A stretch of 64,000 bases of DNA from a virus (taxonomy: Duplodnaviria; Caudoviricetes). This document shows, piece after piece, positions 21,206-31,856 of this stretch. Position 1 is the stretch's first letter, and each line of letters opens with the position of its first letter. The notes under the pieces are model-generated. The model made no database searches. It saw only the letters and a program-made list of their open reading frames with translations, and was not told the origin of the DNA. The position numbers were made by a program, and so were the translations under genes. The stretch is taken from the IMG/VR virus record IMGVR_UViG_3300021387_000147. One strand, 5' to 3'.

Positions 21206-21865
21206 TTAATTGTATTTCATATCGGTATGTTTTTCTTCCTCAATCCATTCTTTTCTGAATTTGGCGGCTCTTTCACGTATCCATTTTTTTACATATTCAT
21301 CGCCAGGGTCCCTACCAATACGCTCACCTTCTAACCATTTATCTACTTCTATCTTTTTAATTTGAGCATCCATAAATTCTTTATGCTCTTCATCAGTCAT
21401 TTCTGGCATAACAATCTTCCCTCCTTAAAAAGAATAAAAGTTATAAAGCAGAATTACTTTATATCATTTATTGTTATGATTTGTTCTGATAACTTTTTAT
21501 CGTCATCATATACCATTTCATAAGAATGACATTTCAAATTATATTCTTCCAAAATCTGCTGAACTTCAGACAATGGCTTAAACATCATTTCTTCTGTCAA
21601 TTCTTGTGGAATTTCACGACTTGAATTATTGATTATTTTCACTTTCACCATATCACTCTCCTTCTTTATTTATTATTTCATAATTGTCACATGGCAAAAT
21701 ACCAATTCCACCCCATGTTCCCCATATTGTTCCAGCATCATCAATATAATTGATTATACCAGTTTTTCCAATATATTCTTTTTCAGCTGGATCTGGAATT
21801 CCTTTAAGATTTGGTGAAAGAGAAATGATTTTAATTTTTTGACCTATTTTGGGTTGCGCATCCAT
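21206..21865 (-). CDS. Three small proteins (21206, 21454, 21653; the last is DUF4314-like)
   Basis: 21653 has G.I..IDDAGTIWGTWGG.GILP. Confidence 0.55.
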
Positions 21866-22215
21866 ACGTAATATCCTCCTCCAATTTGTAATTCATTAAA
21901 ACCATAACGTTTGTAATAAAAATCCAATTCTGGCACAGCATTCAAATAGATCATATCATATTGTTCTTTTAAATCATTTATAATCATTCCTGCCAAACCA
22001 CAACGTCTTTTTTCAGGGATTGTTTCAATAGCATGAAGATAACATGCTTTATTTGACAAAGGTTCAATTAATGCAATAGTAGCAATCTTATCTGGTCCAA
22101 ATATATTATCTTGACCTACATGCACCTCAAACGCAGAATACCCTTTCATATACTGATCTATGAAAGGGAATTTTGTCATATCGAACGCCTGTCTTATTTC
22201 ATCAGGAGTCATCAT
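21844..22215 (-). CDS. GNAT acetyltransferase
   Basis: IET.PEKRRCGLAG (AcCoA motif A) and FYYKRYGF. Confidence 0.8.
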   Translation of the reverse strand: MMTPDEIRQAFDMTKFPFIDQYMKGYSAFEVHVGQDNIFGPDKIATIALIEPLSNKACYLHAIETIPEKRRCGLAGMIINDLKEQYDMIYLNAVPELDFYYKRYGFNELQIGGGYYVWMRNPK

Positions 22216-22218
22216 ATT

Positions 22219-22995
22219 TTACCACTTAAAAGTTAAAGTCCCATTCAAGTGAGTCTTATCATAAGTCCAGTCCATATCTATACCTTCTTTCTTGAAGATT
22301 TTTTCAACAGCGGATAGGTCTTCAATGTAACATGTAGGTTCATGGTATAGAGGATTTTTACATGAAATTTTCCCGCATGCAATAGGAAATGTCATTTTAT
22401 TGTCTTTACAGAAACCATCCTTCACGCAATTTCTAATCGTCTCCTTAAACTCCGCAACTATATGTTGCAAGTTATTGTTACGAGGATTGACTTTCTCTTG
22501 TAATGCGATCAGTTCATCTTTAAACATTTTTAGTTCTCCTTTAATAATTATCTTGTTTTAGAAAATAAGTATACTTGTAATCTAGATCTTTCTTCGCTAT
22601 TTCCAAAAGTTCTTTAACTTCATCAAAAGTCTCAACTTCGTAAGCAAAGTCTATATCGTCTGTCCAATATAGTTCAAATCCAATTCCAGTATATGCAGGA
22701 CGAACGTCATACAAGAATTCTACTGGATTATCACCTTTGATACCCTTTTTCTTTCTAAGTTCTTTAGTCGGATGTCTGTCAATATGATACATAATTATCC
22801 TCTAGTTAAACTTCTGTTAACACATTGCAATTCGACATTCATATACTTTTGATTATCAAGCTCCGCCTTTAAAGCGGCATTCTTATCTAACAATTCCTTA
22901 GCGAATTCCATTAAGGAATTCACCATAGAATTATCAGTATTAGGTTCTCTTGAATTTACAAAGTTTTTCATTTGTTCGAATTTCTTTGGATCCAT
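22219..22995 (-). CDS. Three small hypothetical proteins (22219, 22541, 22795)
   Basis: Packed ORFs. Confidence 0.55.
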
Positions 22996-22997
22996 TA

Positions 22998-24107
22998 TTA
23001 TACCACCTTAAATTCGTCTTTGACTTTACGCCAAATTATACCGTATACTTTAGACAAGTTATTAGACTTAATTAATTCCATAGCCGGAGCAACTATGTAA
23101 TTCTTATGATTTTTACACAAGTATTCATAGCGGAAACGAGATTCAGTAGATACCAAAGTCGCTTCAGCCGAAGCCGCAACAACTTCACGGTATACTTCTG
23201 CAACACGTTCATTGATAGACAAAGCGAATTTACGCAAGTCCACCAATTCTTCCGGAATTTCAGCAAAGTAATCAGGGTCGATGACACCTTTTTCTTCGTT
23301 GAAATGATCACGTATTTCTTTGTAGGTTATACAAGACATACGATGGAACAATTCCAAGTATTCAGCCGATTTAGCTTTTACTTTAAAACCATTCTGGAAA
23401 GTAATCACAAATCCTTCGTTATTGCCGTCCATTTTGGAAGCGAATTCAATACATTCGTTTATGTTATTGAATTCATATATTTTCACAAAACGCACGCCAA
23501 TAGATTTAGCAACTGCTTCCAATTCAGAAACAGAGTATTCACGGTGATTTTTGTCGAATACAGACAAAAGCACTAAGCCTTCATAAACGTATTTCACAAC
23601 ATGTAAGTCACCTTTATACACGATTTCAAAACAGTAGGTACAAGACTTATCCAATTTAGACAAGTCAACATTGTCTTTCAACCACTGATTTGCCCAGAAG
23701 GACTGATCTGCGATAAAAGAACCTTGAGTTTTGATTATCCATTGACCTTCAAAGTTAAACAATATCCCTAAGGACCCGTCAACTTTTTCCATTGCGGTGA
23801 AGGAAGGAGTCATGCGAGGTTCAAAATGCGGAATACAAGACAAAGTCTTTCCAATCTGAGCTAAACCATCTTGACAATAAATTTCTTGATAGTTGAAGAA
23901 TTTATCGAAAGGATGAGCAACAATTTCACCAGTAGTAGAATTGAATACAATTCCACGACATTGCAAAGTCACTTCATCCCAATGACCTTCATAGACAGTA
24001 GAAAGCGAATACTTGAAACCGCACAAGACGCCATTCGGATGGCGATGCATAGTTAACCAACCTTCTTTTACGTATTCACAACAAGTTCTAAAGTCTAACA
24101 TAATCAT
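22998..24107 (-). CDS. rnlA: RNA ligase 1 (T4 RnlA family)
   Basis: CRGIVF, PFDKFFN, EKVDGSLG (motif I), FEIV, EGFVI, KVKAKSAEY. Confidence 0.9.
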   Translation of the reverse strand: MIMLDFRTCCEYVKEGWLTMHRHPNGVLCGFKYSLSTVYEGHWDEVTLQCRGIVFNSTTGEIVAHPFDKFFNYQEIYCQDGLAQIGKTLSCIPHFEPRMTPSFTAMEKVDGSLGILFNFEGQWIIKTQGSFIADQSFWANQWLKDNVDLSKLDKSCTYCFEIVYKGDLHVVKYVYEGLVLLSVFDKNHREYSVSELEAVAKSIGVRFVKIYEFNNINECIEFASKMDGNNEGFVITFQNGFKVKAKSAEYLELFHRMSCITYKEIRDHFNEEKGVIDPDYFAEIPEELVDLRKFALSINERVAEVYREVVAASAEATLVSTESRFRYEYLCKNHKNYIVAPAMELIKSNNLSKVYGIIWRKVKDEFKVV

Positions 24108-24112
24108 TCCTT

Positions 24113-25105
24113 TTATAAATTTTCTTCAATAATTTTTTCAGATATTTTGTCTAGTTTTTCTTCTACTTCAACCGCTTTTTCCTTTTCAGGCGTAATGCCA
24201 TCAATATCAAAACGGTCAAAATTTGTAATCATTCTTTTCAATTCTTCAACCGGGAATTTCGAAATCATTTCTCCAATTACCGGCTTTTTATTTTCTTCAG
24301 CCATAATTAACCATCAACTTCATATTCGTCCATCTGAACGTCGATATAAGTATCACCATTTCGTTCATCCTCATATCGCTGTTCTGCCTTTTCCTTATTA
24401 AGGTAAGTAGCAATGACAGACCTATCTCCACCAGAATATGGAATTATTCCAGTGATTTGATAAACTATATCATTCATTTTTTACCATCCAAAGTAATCTT
24501 TACAGAGCTTTTGTGCATAGCTCTTGGAATTCCAAGAAGCTGCGATTGAGCCGGGTCTCGGCATCATAATCGGCATGATGCTGTCAAAGTACTCAGCCAT
24601 CTTACGACCTTTCATATCATACTTTGTCTTCAGAACAGACTTAATTTCTTTTTCAAGGGATTTTGCAGTCATCATAGCCATATTTATATCTCCTTATAAA
24701 TTACTTAATTTCAGCTTCAAAGTGGATGAATTCACGAGCATAAGACCAATTCTTACCAGTCTTCACATCGACACACTGCCAAGGATAGCGCTTATTCCAA
24801 TCGAAGCCAACAATACGCATGTGCTTCGGACGACGATCGTCTGTCGGGAAAACCTTACCAAACGGATCCAAACCAGGAACACCGCACTTTGTCATTTCTT
24901 CATCAATCATCTGCTTTTCGAAGGGAGTCAACTTGCGAGAACCATCAGCGGCAAGTTCATGAAGGTCAATCTTGTAAGTCAGTCCTTTGTCATTAAAGGA
25001 ACAGGTTGCAGGAGTGACACACATATTGTGAGACTTAGCCCATTCAGCGATGAGAGTGTCGAGTTCATTGTGGAGGCGGACGCAAGTTTCTTTATTCATA
25101 TTCAA
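24113..25105 (-). CDS. Small early hypotheticals (24113, ~24308-24477, 24481, 24701)
   Basis: Packed ORFs behind promoter cassette copy 7. Confidence 0.55.
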
Positions 25106-25118
25106 TATCCTTTAGTAA

Positions 25119-25229
25119 TCTCTTTTATTTTAACAAGTAAAATATAAGTATATTTGGCTCATTTGGAAACCCTGTTTTATGTAAAAAAACGTTTACATTA
25201 ACCTCCAGATATGTAAAAAGGTGTTTACA
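25119..25229 (-). promoter_or_regulatory. Early promoter cassette copy 7 (boxes 25180-97 and 25212-29; TTTCCA-17-TATATT)
   Basis: Conserved leader and tandem boxes. Confidence 0.85.
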
Positions 25230-25440
25230 AAACACCTTCTATTTGACATTTTTTGACAGATTTTACATTAAAATCAATAAAACCATTTTGCGATATTAAG
25301 CACCCATACGAAAACGCTTCCGGCTCAGAGTCCCAATATTCTATATTTTCATCATCCGGATTTTCTGTAAATCTGCCATCTTTTAATGGATATGCAGTTC
25401 CATGAGGAAAATCAAATTCAACAGTAAATCGTTCTAACAT
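25225..25440 (-). CDS. Small acidic hypothetical protein
   Basis: Overlaps the clpP stop; its own stop lies in the box. Confidence 0.55.
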   Translation of the reverse strand: MLERFTVEFDFPHGTAYPLKDGRFTENPDDENIEYWDSEPEAFSYGCLISQNGFIDFNVKSVKKCQIEGVL

Positions 25441-25952
25441 AATACTCCTATTTTATCAATGAATTTATATTTTTTAGCTTCAGTAGCACTCATATAATAA
25501 TCTTTTGACATAAACTTATTAATATCTGACTTCTTTACTTTTCCATATTTGTTTAAAATATCAATCAATTTATCAGTCGCTATATTTATTTCTGCTCTTT
25601 CAATCGATTTATCCAAACCAGTTGGGTCATCATAATAAGGTTTATGTATCATAATTCTAACAGATGGATATGCATATCGATGGCCAGGTGAACCAGAGAA
25701 TAAAATAAAACTTGCCATAGAACTTGTAGAAATTCCTACAGTTGTGACATCAATTCCTTTTGATTTAGCATGTTCAATTAAATCTACAATAGCCAATCCT
25801 TCGTCAACATCTCCACCTACTGAATTCAAATATATTATAATTGGCTTACCTTCATTAATAAATTCACAAAGTTGTTTAACATATTTGGCTCCCGATTTCT
25901 GAGTAATTTCCTCATTGATCCAAAGTCTATTTACGTCAATTTCTTTCTTCAT
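25434..25952 (-). CDS. clpP: ClpP-family serine protease
   Basis: IYLNSVGGDV, SSMAS (catalytic Ser), IMIHKP (His), DYYMSATEAKKY.FID. Confidence 0.88.
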   Translation of the reverse strand: MKKEIDVNRLWINEEITQKSGAKYVKQLCEFINEGKPIIIYLNSVGGDVDEGLAIVDLIEHAKSKGIDVTTVGISTSSMASFILFSGSPGHRYAYPSVRIMIHKPYYDDPTGLDKSIERAEINIATDKLIDILNKYGKVKKSDINKFMSKDYYMSATEAKKYKFIDKIGVLC

Positions 25953-25969
25953 CTTTACCTCTAAAGGTA

Positions 25970-25998
25970 AATGTAATAAAAATTTTTACAATTGTCAA
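25970..25998 (-). promoter_or_regulatory. Sigma70 promoter for clpP (TTGACA-17-TACATT)
   Basis: GGGTTGACA -35; 17 nt spacer. Confidence 0.7.
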
Positions 25999-26063
25999 CC
26001 CAGACCACACGATAAAAGTCTCAACTTCTGTTGAGACACTATCTTTATTTGGATGAATTCCAA

Positions 26064-26323
26064 TTATTGTTTTGTAATAATGAAAGCCCAGCCTTCAGTA
26101 TTAAACATATAACGGTGGCCATCCAAGGTTTCCATTACAATCGTATGAGAACCAATTGTATAAGTTTTAGCCTGATATTCTACACAAGAAGATGCTTCAG
26201 GACATCCAATTGGACATACTTTAATTGGCGTATATGATCCATTACGTGTTTGAACTTGTTTGTCACCACATTCATCACATCCAAATAAACAGAATGCAAT
26301 CAATAATAAAAGTATCTTTTTCA
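26064..26323 (-). CDS. Putative lipoprotein (start likely MKKILL)
   Basis: MKKILLLLIAFCLFG-C lipobox-like signal. Confidence 0.6.
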
Positions 26324-26328
26324 TGTTT

Positions 26329-26697
26329 TTATTCCTTCCAATAGCCATAAAATCTGGCAAAATCATTTATATGATCTGATATGTTTCCTTTATAGTCGTA
26401 TTTTCCTTGACAACCATCTTCTAATTCTCTTATCCAGTTCATTTCACAATGCATGTTGTAAATCATTTTATCATACTTTTCCAACTGGTCATTGTAATAT
26501 TGCAATTCAGCTGGTAAACGACCTAATTTATTCAATGATACAGACAACATTGCAGGGTTAATTTGATTCTTCTCAAAATAGAGCTTTTTACGGATAATAA
26601 ACTCACAACGCTCTTTTTCTAGAGTAGAAATCTGAGCCATTGTCAGCATTTTCCATTTTTCTATTAGAATTCTATTATAGTCTGGATAATTCAACAT
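26329..26697 (-). CDS. Hypothetical coiled-coil protein
   Basis: Translationally coupled to the pilin gene. Confidence 0.55.
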   Translation of the reverse strand: MLNYPDYNRILIEKWKMLTMAQISTLEKERCEFIIRKKLYFEKNQINPAMLSVSLNKLGRLPAELQYYNDQLEKYDKMIYNMHCEMNWIRELEDGCQGKYDYKGNISDHINDFARFYGYWKE

Positions 26698-27257
26698 TAC
26701 TTACATTTATCCTTAATACAGAAATCAACTAAACTTTCTGCAGTATTTTCTCTTGTGCATTTCTTAATGCATTTAATAAATTCTTCTTTACTACCTTGAA
26801 TTTGAACTTCTTCTACAGGTTTTGTTGGCACAATCTTTGTAATAGAATCCAACTTCTTTTCATATTCAGCAAGTAATTCTTGTTTTAACTTTTCTGTATC
26901 AACATTTGAAACTGTCTGCTGAACAACAGGCTTTGGCTGTTCAATAGGCTTTGGTTGTTCTGCGGCTTTCTTTGCTCTCTTTTCTACTCTATATTCTGTG
27001 ACAAGTTTCCATGCCCTTTCATGATTGTTTAAACACCTTTCCATGTTTACTGTGCAAAGACTATCAAGAACATTTATCTTGCATTTGCCAGGATGTGCAT
27101 AACACATATCTTTATAAATTTCAGGTGTTTCAACATAACAACGGTCACCTTTTGATTCACAAATCATATTAAAAAGCTTAGGTACTGCAACAGCGGCAAG
27201 AATGCCCATGATTACAATTACGACCATCAATTCAATTAAAGTAAATCCTTTTTTCAT
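26697..27257 (-). CDS. Type IV pilin-like protein (class III signal) with Cys-rich C-terminal domain
   Basis: MKKG/FTLIELMVVIVIMGILAAVAVPKLF: prepilin cleavage site, E5 and P22. Confidence 0.9.
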   Translation of the reverse strand: MKKGFTLIELMVVIVIMGILAAVAVPKLFNMICESKGDRCYVETPEIYKDMCYAHPGKCKINVLDSLCTVNMERCLNNHERAWKLVTEYRVEKRAKKAAEQPKPIEQPKPVVQQTVSNVDTEKLKQELLAEYEKKLDSITKIVPTKPVEEVQIQGSKEEFIKCIKKCTRENTAESLVDFCIKDKCK

Positions 27258-28173
27258 TCGTCACCTTCCTTAATTAAAACTACCCATTCTCCAGAACAAG
27301 TTATATGACCTTCCTTTTTAGTAGATGGAGTTATCTTTCCATGACATCCAACAGAATACCAGAGAGGATTGTCAAATGTAGTTCCCCATGTAGCCATTCC
27401 AATTTCAAGTCCTGAACTAATTTGTCTCTTCAAATAAATTGGATAACCTACGCCAAATAATTCCAATGCAGGTCTTCCATGTTCAGGAACTCCATCTGTT
27501 GTAATTTTTCTCTTATCAATGACAAGTGAATCAATTAAAGCACCTTCACACTTTGGAAGATTATACGTTTCAAATGAGTTGCTAACGTATACCGTGTCAT
27601 GAACTACAACCTTCTTGACTTTCTGCCTTGTCTGTGTTGAGTCTTTTTCTGTTCCACTTCCAATGAACATGCCACCCAATCCAGCGAGCATAAACAAGAT
27701 AGTCAGAATAAGTACCTTTTTAAAATCCATTATCTTTTTCCTTTGATTTTAATTATCCATTCACCTGCACATTCAGAATAAGTATCACTATCAGGGTCAT
27801 CTTCATCGTATGGAATGTCATACATTTTTCCATTACAAAGAATTGCATATTCTTCGACACTATCTACATCGAATGTTCCATCAGCAAATTGAACTGAAAT
27901 GGCAGTAGTACCCTTATGTGTCTCCAGCGTATCCAGACGCGCTCCAAATGCGTTAGAATAAGAGACAGCGTTTATATACTGGATTCGCTTAACTTCTTTA
28001 TAAAGCGTATCATGGACGAATGTGGTATCTCTTACAACAGTCACAAGAGTGTCCATTTTCTTCATTGAAGTTTCATAACATTCATCAATCTTCTTAAGAA
28101 TTGTATTTGAAAAGACAATGATAGCAACAAAGATCGCTGCGAATAAAATTATATGTTGATATTTAACGTCCAT
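27254..28173 (-). CDS. Two paralogous membrane-anchored proteins (27254, 27730)
   Basis: N-terminal TM, VHDT[VL]Y linker, shared Y...C.GK...C.GEW[VI][VI].IK C-terminus. Confidence 0.7.
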
Positions 28174-28514
28174 TATTTAAGCCTTCTACAGTTTTCTCTG
28201 ATACAAAAATCAATTACAGATGAAGAAACATTATTTGCCTTGCATTCAGCTACACATTCATCAAATTCATTATCTTCTTTTACAGGTTCCTCAATAGGTT
28301 CTTCAACATGTGTATTGACTGGCTGAGGTGCAACTACCGGCTTATCTCTAAAAACAAGTGGTTCATCTCTAAATACCATTGGTTCACTTGGAACAGATGG
28401 AGCTGGTTTTACTGGAGTAGTTTCTTGTTTCTTTTTGCACGTACCACAAAAACAACATGGACCAGCGAAAACAAATGATGCAGTAAGAGTTAAGATTAAA
28501 AATAGTTTCTTCAT
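28173..28514 (-). CDS. Secreted Cys-rich protein sharing its C-terminal domain with the pilin
   Basis: Signal peptide MKKLFLILTLTASFVFA; EPxVFRD repeat; EF..C...C...N...S..DFCI...C. Confidence 0.7.
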   Translation of the reverse strand: MKKLFLILTLTASFVFAGPCCFCGTCKKKQETTPVKPAPSVPSEPMVFRDEPLVFRDKPVVAPQPVNTHVEEPIEEPVKEDNEFDECVAECKANNVSSSVIDFCIRENCRRLK

Positions 28515-28587
28515 TTGTAATTCCTTTGTTAAAAAGAAAAAGCCCTATCAAAGTTTTTCAACAATGTAGGGCTTTCAAAGATTTTAA

Positions 28588-29862
28588 TTACTTATTGGAC
28601 AACTTAGAAGTCAAATCCATAAGCATGTTCAGACCAACAGCGTCCATAGCATTGCTTGCGCCATTCTTACCATCACCACCAGTCATCATGATTTCTGGTA
28701 CAAGTGGGTGAGAGGACTTAGCAAGAGCTTCTGCAACACCAACCTTAGTCTTATATTCCCATTCAGCACGTTCCTGAGGAGTCAAACCTGCAGCGACCAA
28801 TGCTCTATTAGCCTGAGCTTCTGCTTCCTTTTCAGCCTTAATCTTCTTAGCAACTTCAATTGCCTTTAGAGCTTCAAGACGAGCAACTTCCTTTTCACGT
28901 TCAGCATTCAAAATAGCAACTGCCTTTTCCTTTTCAGCCATAGTCACTTCAGTCATCTTCTGAACTTCCTGAGTAGCCTTAGCTTCTGCAATCTTTGCAT
29001 CACCTTCAGCCTTTGCAGTAATAGCCTTCTGCTTAGCAGTTTCTGCTGCGGTTGCATTTGCTACACGCTGCATTTCACGTTCCTTAACAATATCCAACTG
29101 TTGCTGAGCCTTAGGATCCAACTTTACGTTCTGAATTTCCAACTGCTTTACAACAATACCATACTGAGTAATTGGAGACTTCTTAGTGATAATTCGATGA
29201 CCATCCTTATCTAGCTTCAGCTTAGTAACACGGTATTCCTGAACTTCAGCCTTCTTAACGACCTTACCAGTGGAATCAACTTCATCTTCGCCAGCCTTTT
29301 CCTTAAGTACTTCAATTGTGGTCAAGTATTCACCTTCAACGAGCTGGTCTTCAGCAAGACGACGGAATTCTGCAATCTTTGTAACCTTTGCTTCTTCAGC
29401 GGTAAACAATGGAGCGGTCTTACGAACTGCAGAGAGAACAGCATTTCGAACTAGATTATGCTTTACACCCTTATCACTACGCTGGTTCTTATGAAGTTCA
29501 ATCAACTTATCACAGTCGGTTGGAAGCTCATACATAAGATAACCAGAAATATCTGCGTTTGCATTTCGAGATAGCGTTACAGAAATGTCATCTTCATCAT
29601 CTTCATCGCCTTCCCAACCTTCACCGTTCACCTTTTCATTAGAACTATTGAAATAGAAGGACTTTGCGAGGTCATACTTATAGATGGATGCGAAGCCCTT
29701 GAAATAAAGACCCTGACCCTCTACGCATGACAGCGTTCCGAATGGAGACTGCTTAATGAGCAATTCAGTTGACTGCTTATAGCCCACCATCTTTCCAGCG
29801 AAAATGCCAAGAAGAATGAGCACGATTACGGCAAGAATGCCGAGAACTTGTGTCTTTGTCAT
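28588..29862 (-). CDS. SPFH/Band-7 (flotillin-like) membrane protein
   Basis: N-terminal TM, SPFH-like core (QYGIVVKQLEIQNV), Ala/Glu/Lys coiled coil, VP.IMM.GG tail. Confidence 0.75.
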   Translation of the reverse strand: MTKTQVLGILAVIVLILLGIFAGKMVGYKQSTELLIKQSPFGTLSCVEGQGLYFKGFASIYKYDLAKSFYFNSSNEKVNGEGWEGDEDDEDDISVTLSRNANADISGYLMYELPTDCDKLIELHKNQRSDKGVKHNLVRNAVLSAVRKTAPLFTAEEAKVTKIAEFRRLAEDQLVEGEYLTTIEVLKEKAGEDEVDSTGKVVKKAEVQEYRVTKLKLDKDGHRIITKKSPITQYGIVVKQLEIQNVKLDPKAQQQLDIVKEREMQRVANATAAETAKQKAITAKAEGDAKIAEAKATQEVQKMTEVTMAEKEKAVAILNAEREKEVARLEALKAIEVAKKIKAEKEAEAQANRALVAAGLTPQERAEWEYKTKVGVAEALAKSSHPLVPEIMMTGGDGKNGASNAMDAVGLNMLMDLTSKLSNK

Positions 29863-29897
29863 ATTATGTTTTTCCTTTTTTGTTTATTGTTTGATTT

Positions 29898-30720
29898 TTA
29901 GTTTAAGTTTGTTGTTTCGTTAACTTCTGTTACCTTATATGCAGGTTCACCCCACATTTCCCAATTACGTCTCCACTTTTCACATTCAAGTTCAGATTGC
30001 TTGAAAATTTTAGTATCGACGAAATTACATACTGAATGCGCTACTGCATTTACTGCCTTTTCAGTTACTCTAGGATTAGGATCAGCCTTTACCTCAGGGA
30101 GAATCTTTGAGAACTGTTTAAGCATCCAAAGAACTGGAATTCCGATTACTTTGTAGACAAAGCGACCTACATAAAGTGCAATGCCGTACAGAGTAAGAAA
30201 TAAACCAAATCCACCTACGTTAATTCTTGTTACAATCTTATTCATTTGTCTTTACCTCTGAATATTCAATCCATTTACATGTATATCCATATATCATATC
30301 AGCTTTTGGCCAAACGTCAGTAAGTGTAAATGTTCCAAGCGTATCTGGAAGTTTAGCCTTTGCATTCCTTGGACAAACAATCCACATGATAGATACTTTG
30401 TTTTCAACTACTCCATCATAAGAGAAACTGTCATACCAACAATTTGCGAATTCCTTCTTGTCCTTAATTGAAGACCATGCCTTAAATGCAGACTTTGAAT
30501 CGCATTCATCTGGACGAGTGATTTCTCGAATTACTGGCGGAACATTTGTTGAATCATCGTATACAATATCATTCAATGCCTTTTTAGAATTCGTTTCCTT
30601 TTCCATATTGCATACATAAACAGCAGAAGCGAGAACTAAAATTCCAAAAATAACAATAAAAGCCTTAAGAAAGAATGACTTGATTTCAGCTTTTGTTTTT
30701 TCATACTGCATCATAGTCAC
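29898..30720 (-). CDS. Two membrane-anchored hypotheticals (29898, 30238)
   Basis: N-terminal hydrophobic helices. Confidence 0.6.
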
Positions 30721-30723
30721 TCC

Positions 30724-31449
30724 TTACTTCATATCCGGCACATAAAGGATAGTCGGGTTGTCCTTATGCACATCAAGCATTTTCATGTTCTTAAGAGTTG
30801 CAGACTTTTCCCAGAGTTGCTGGAAAGTCAGCTTATTGAACGGCTTGCACACGATATGCTTACCACTCTTAGTCGGCACAACGAAAAATTCAGACTTGAC
30901 AGCATTGCGTGCTTCTTCCGCACTGAGTCCAAGGTCACGATATGCCTGAATTCGCTTATCATACGGCTGACAATCCAAAATCATTTCCTTGATTTCTTCT
31001 TCGTAAGGCAGATATTCCTTATCGAGGTCGACAATCCAAGTCTTGTCCTTTCCTGCCTGGCAACACTCGCCACATGCAGAAGCAACAAGATGGAATGGAG
31101 AAGAATAAGTTTCGCCAGATGCACACTGTTCAGCAATGTGCTTCATCATTTCAAGTGCAATGTTCTTGTAATTACGCTTATTGAGGCGGATATATGCTCG
31201 CACATTGAACATATTGCAAAGCGCAATAATATCTTCCTTCACATCTTCAAGGTGCTCAGGGGACTTAATCAGATAGTCCTTAATAGAGCGAGAGTGCATA
31301 TTGCCATGATACTTCGGATCCTTAACACCATTCTTCAGAGGATCATCAGCCTGACGGCGAAGAAGCTGAACGTAGTAGCAATCGCCATGGTCACGGTCAA
31401 TCATCTGCTTTTCAATGTAGTTCTTGATGAGTTCGAAGTTATCAACCAT
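30724..31449 (-). CDS. Conserved phage protein of unknown function
   Basis: MVDNFELIK..YYVQLLRR..RAYIRLN.R..WIVDLD..PTKSG.H....PF..KDNPTILY pattern, familiar from large phages. Confidence 0.6.
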   Translation of the reverse strand: MVDNFELIKNYIEKQMIDRDHGDCYYVQLLRRQADDPLKNGVKDPKYHGNMHSRSIKDYLIKSPEHLEDVKEDIIALCNMFNVRAYIRLNKRNYKNIALEMMKHIAEQCASGETYSSPFHLVASACGECCQAGKDKTWIVDLDKEYLPYEEEIKEMILDCQPYDKRIQAYRDLGLSAEEARNAVKSEFFVVPTKSGKHIVCKPFNKLTFQQLWEKSATLKNMKMLDVHKDNPTILYVPDMK

Positions 31450-31458
31450 TCTTAAATT

Positions 31459-31541
31459 CCTCTTTAATTTCTTTTAACAAGTAAAATGTAGTTAATTTTT
31501 GCTGTTTTGTCAACCCTTAGTTTTGTAAAACTTTTTTTACA
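31459..31541 (-). promoter_or_regulatory. Early promoter cassette copy 8 (box 31524-41; TTGACA-17-TACATT)
   Basis: Leader TTTACTTGTTAAAA conserved. Confidence 0.85.
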
Positions 31542-31728
31542 GTTTCTTATGGGTATTTCCGGCGATAATCAAATCGGCAAGCGGAGAAATAACAGCAATC
31601 TGATAGAGCATATTAGGCCAACGCTTTTTCATATTGTCAATAAAATGGACGGCAGTGAAAATATCGTCAGCAGTATTGAACTGAGTTATGGCTCCGTCCA
31701 GAATTTGGTATTTGATTTGAAAGTGCAT
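31537..31728 (-). CDS. 63 aa protein forming a single-gene unit between two cassettes
   Basis: SD in the cassette leader; stop inside the next box. Confidence 0.65.
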   Translation of the reverse strand: MHFQIKYQILDGAITQFNTADDIFTAVHFIDNMKKRWPNMLYQIAVISPLADLIIAGNTHKKL

Positions 31729-31735
31729 TGTTTGA

Positions 31736-31856
31736 CCTCTTTTATTTTAACAAGTAAAATATACCAAAAAAGAAGGGTCTTGGAAACCCTTCTTTTTGTA
31801 AAATTATGTTTACAATAGCCAATTTTTTGGCTTTTTTATGTAAATTTTTGTTTACT
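31736..31856 (-). promoter_or_regulatory. Early promoter cassette copy 9 (boxes 31797-31814 and 31839-56; TTTCCA-17-TATATT)
   Basis: -35 lies in an AAAAGAAGGGT/ACCCTTCTTTT hairpin. Confidence 0.85.
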
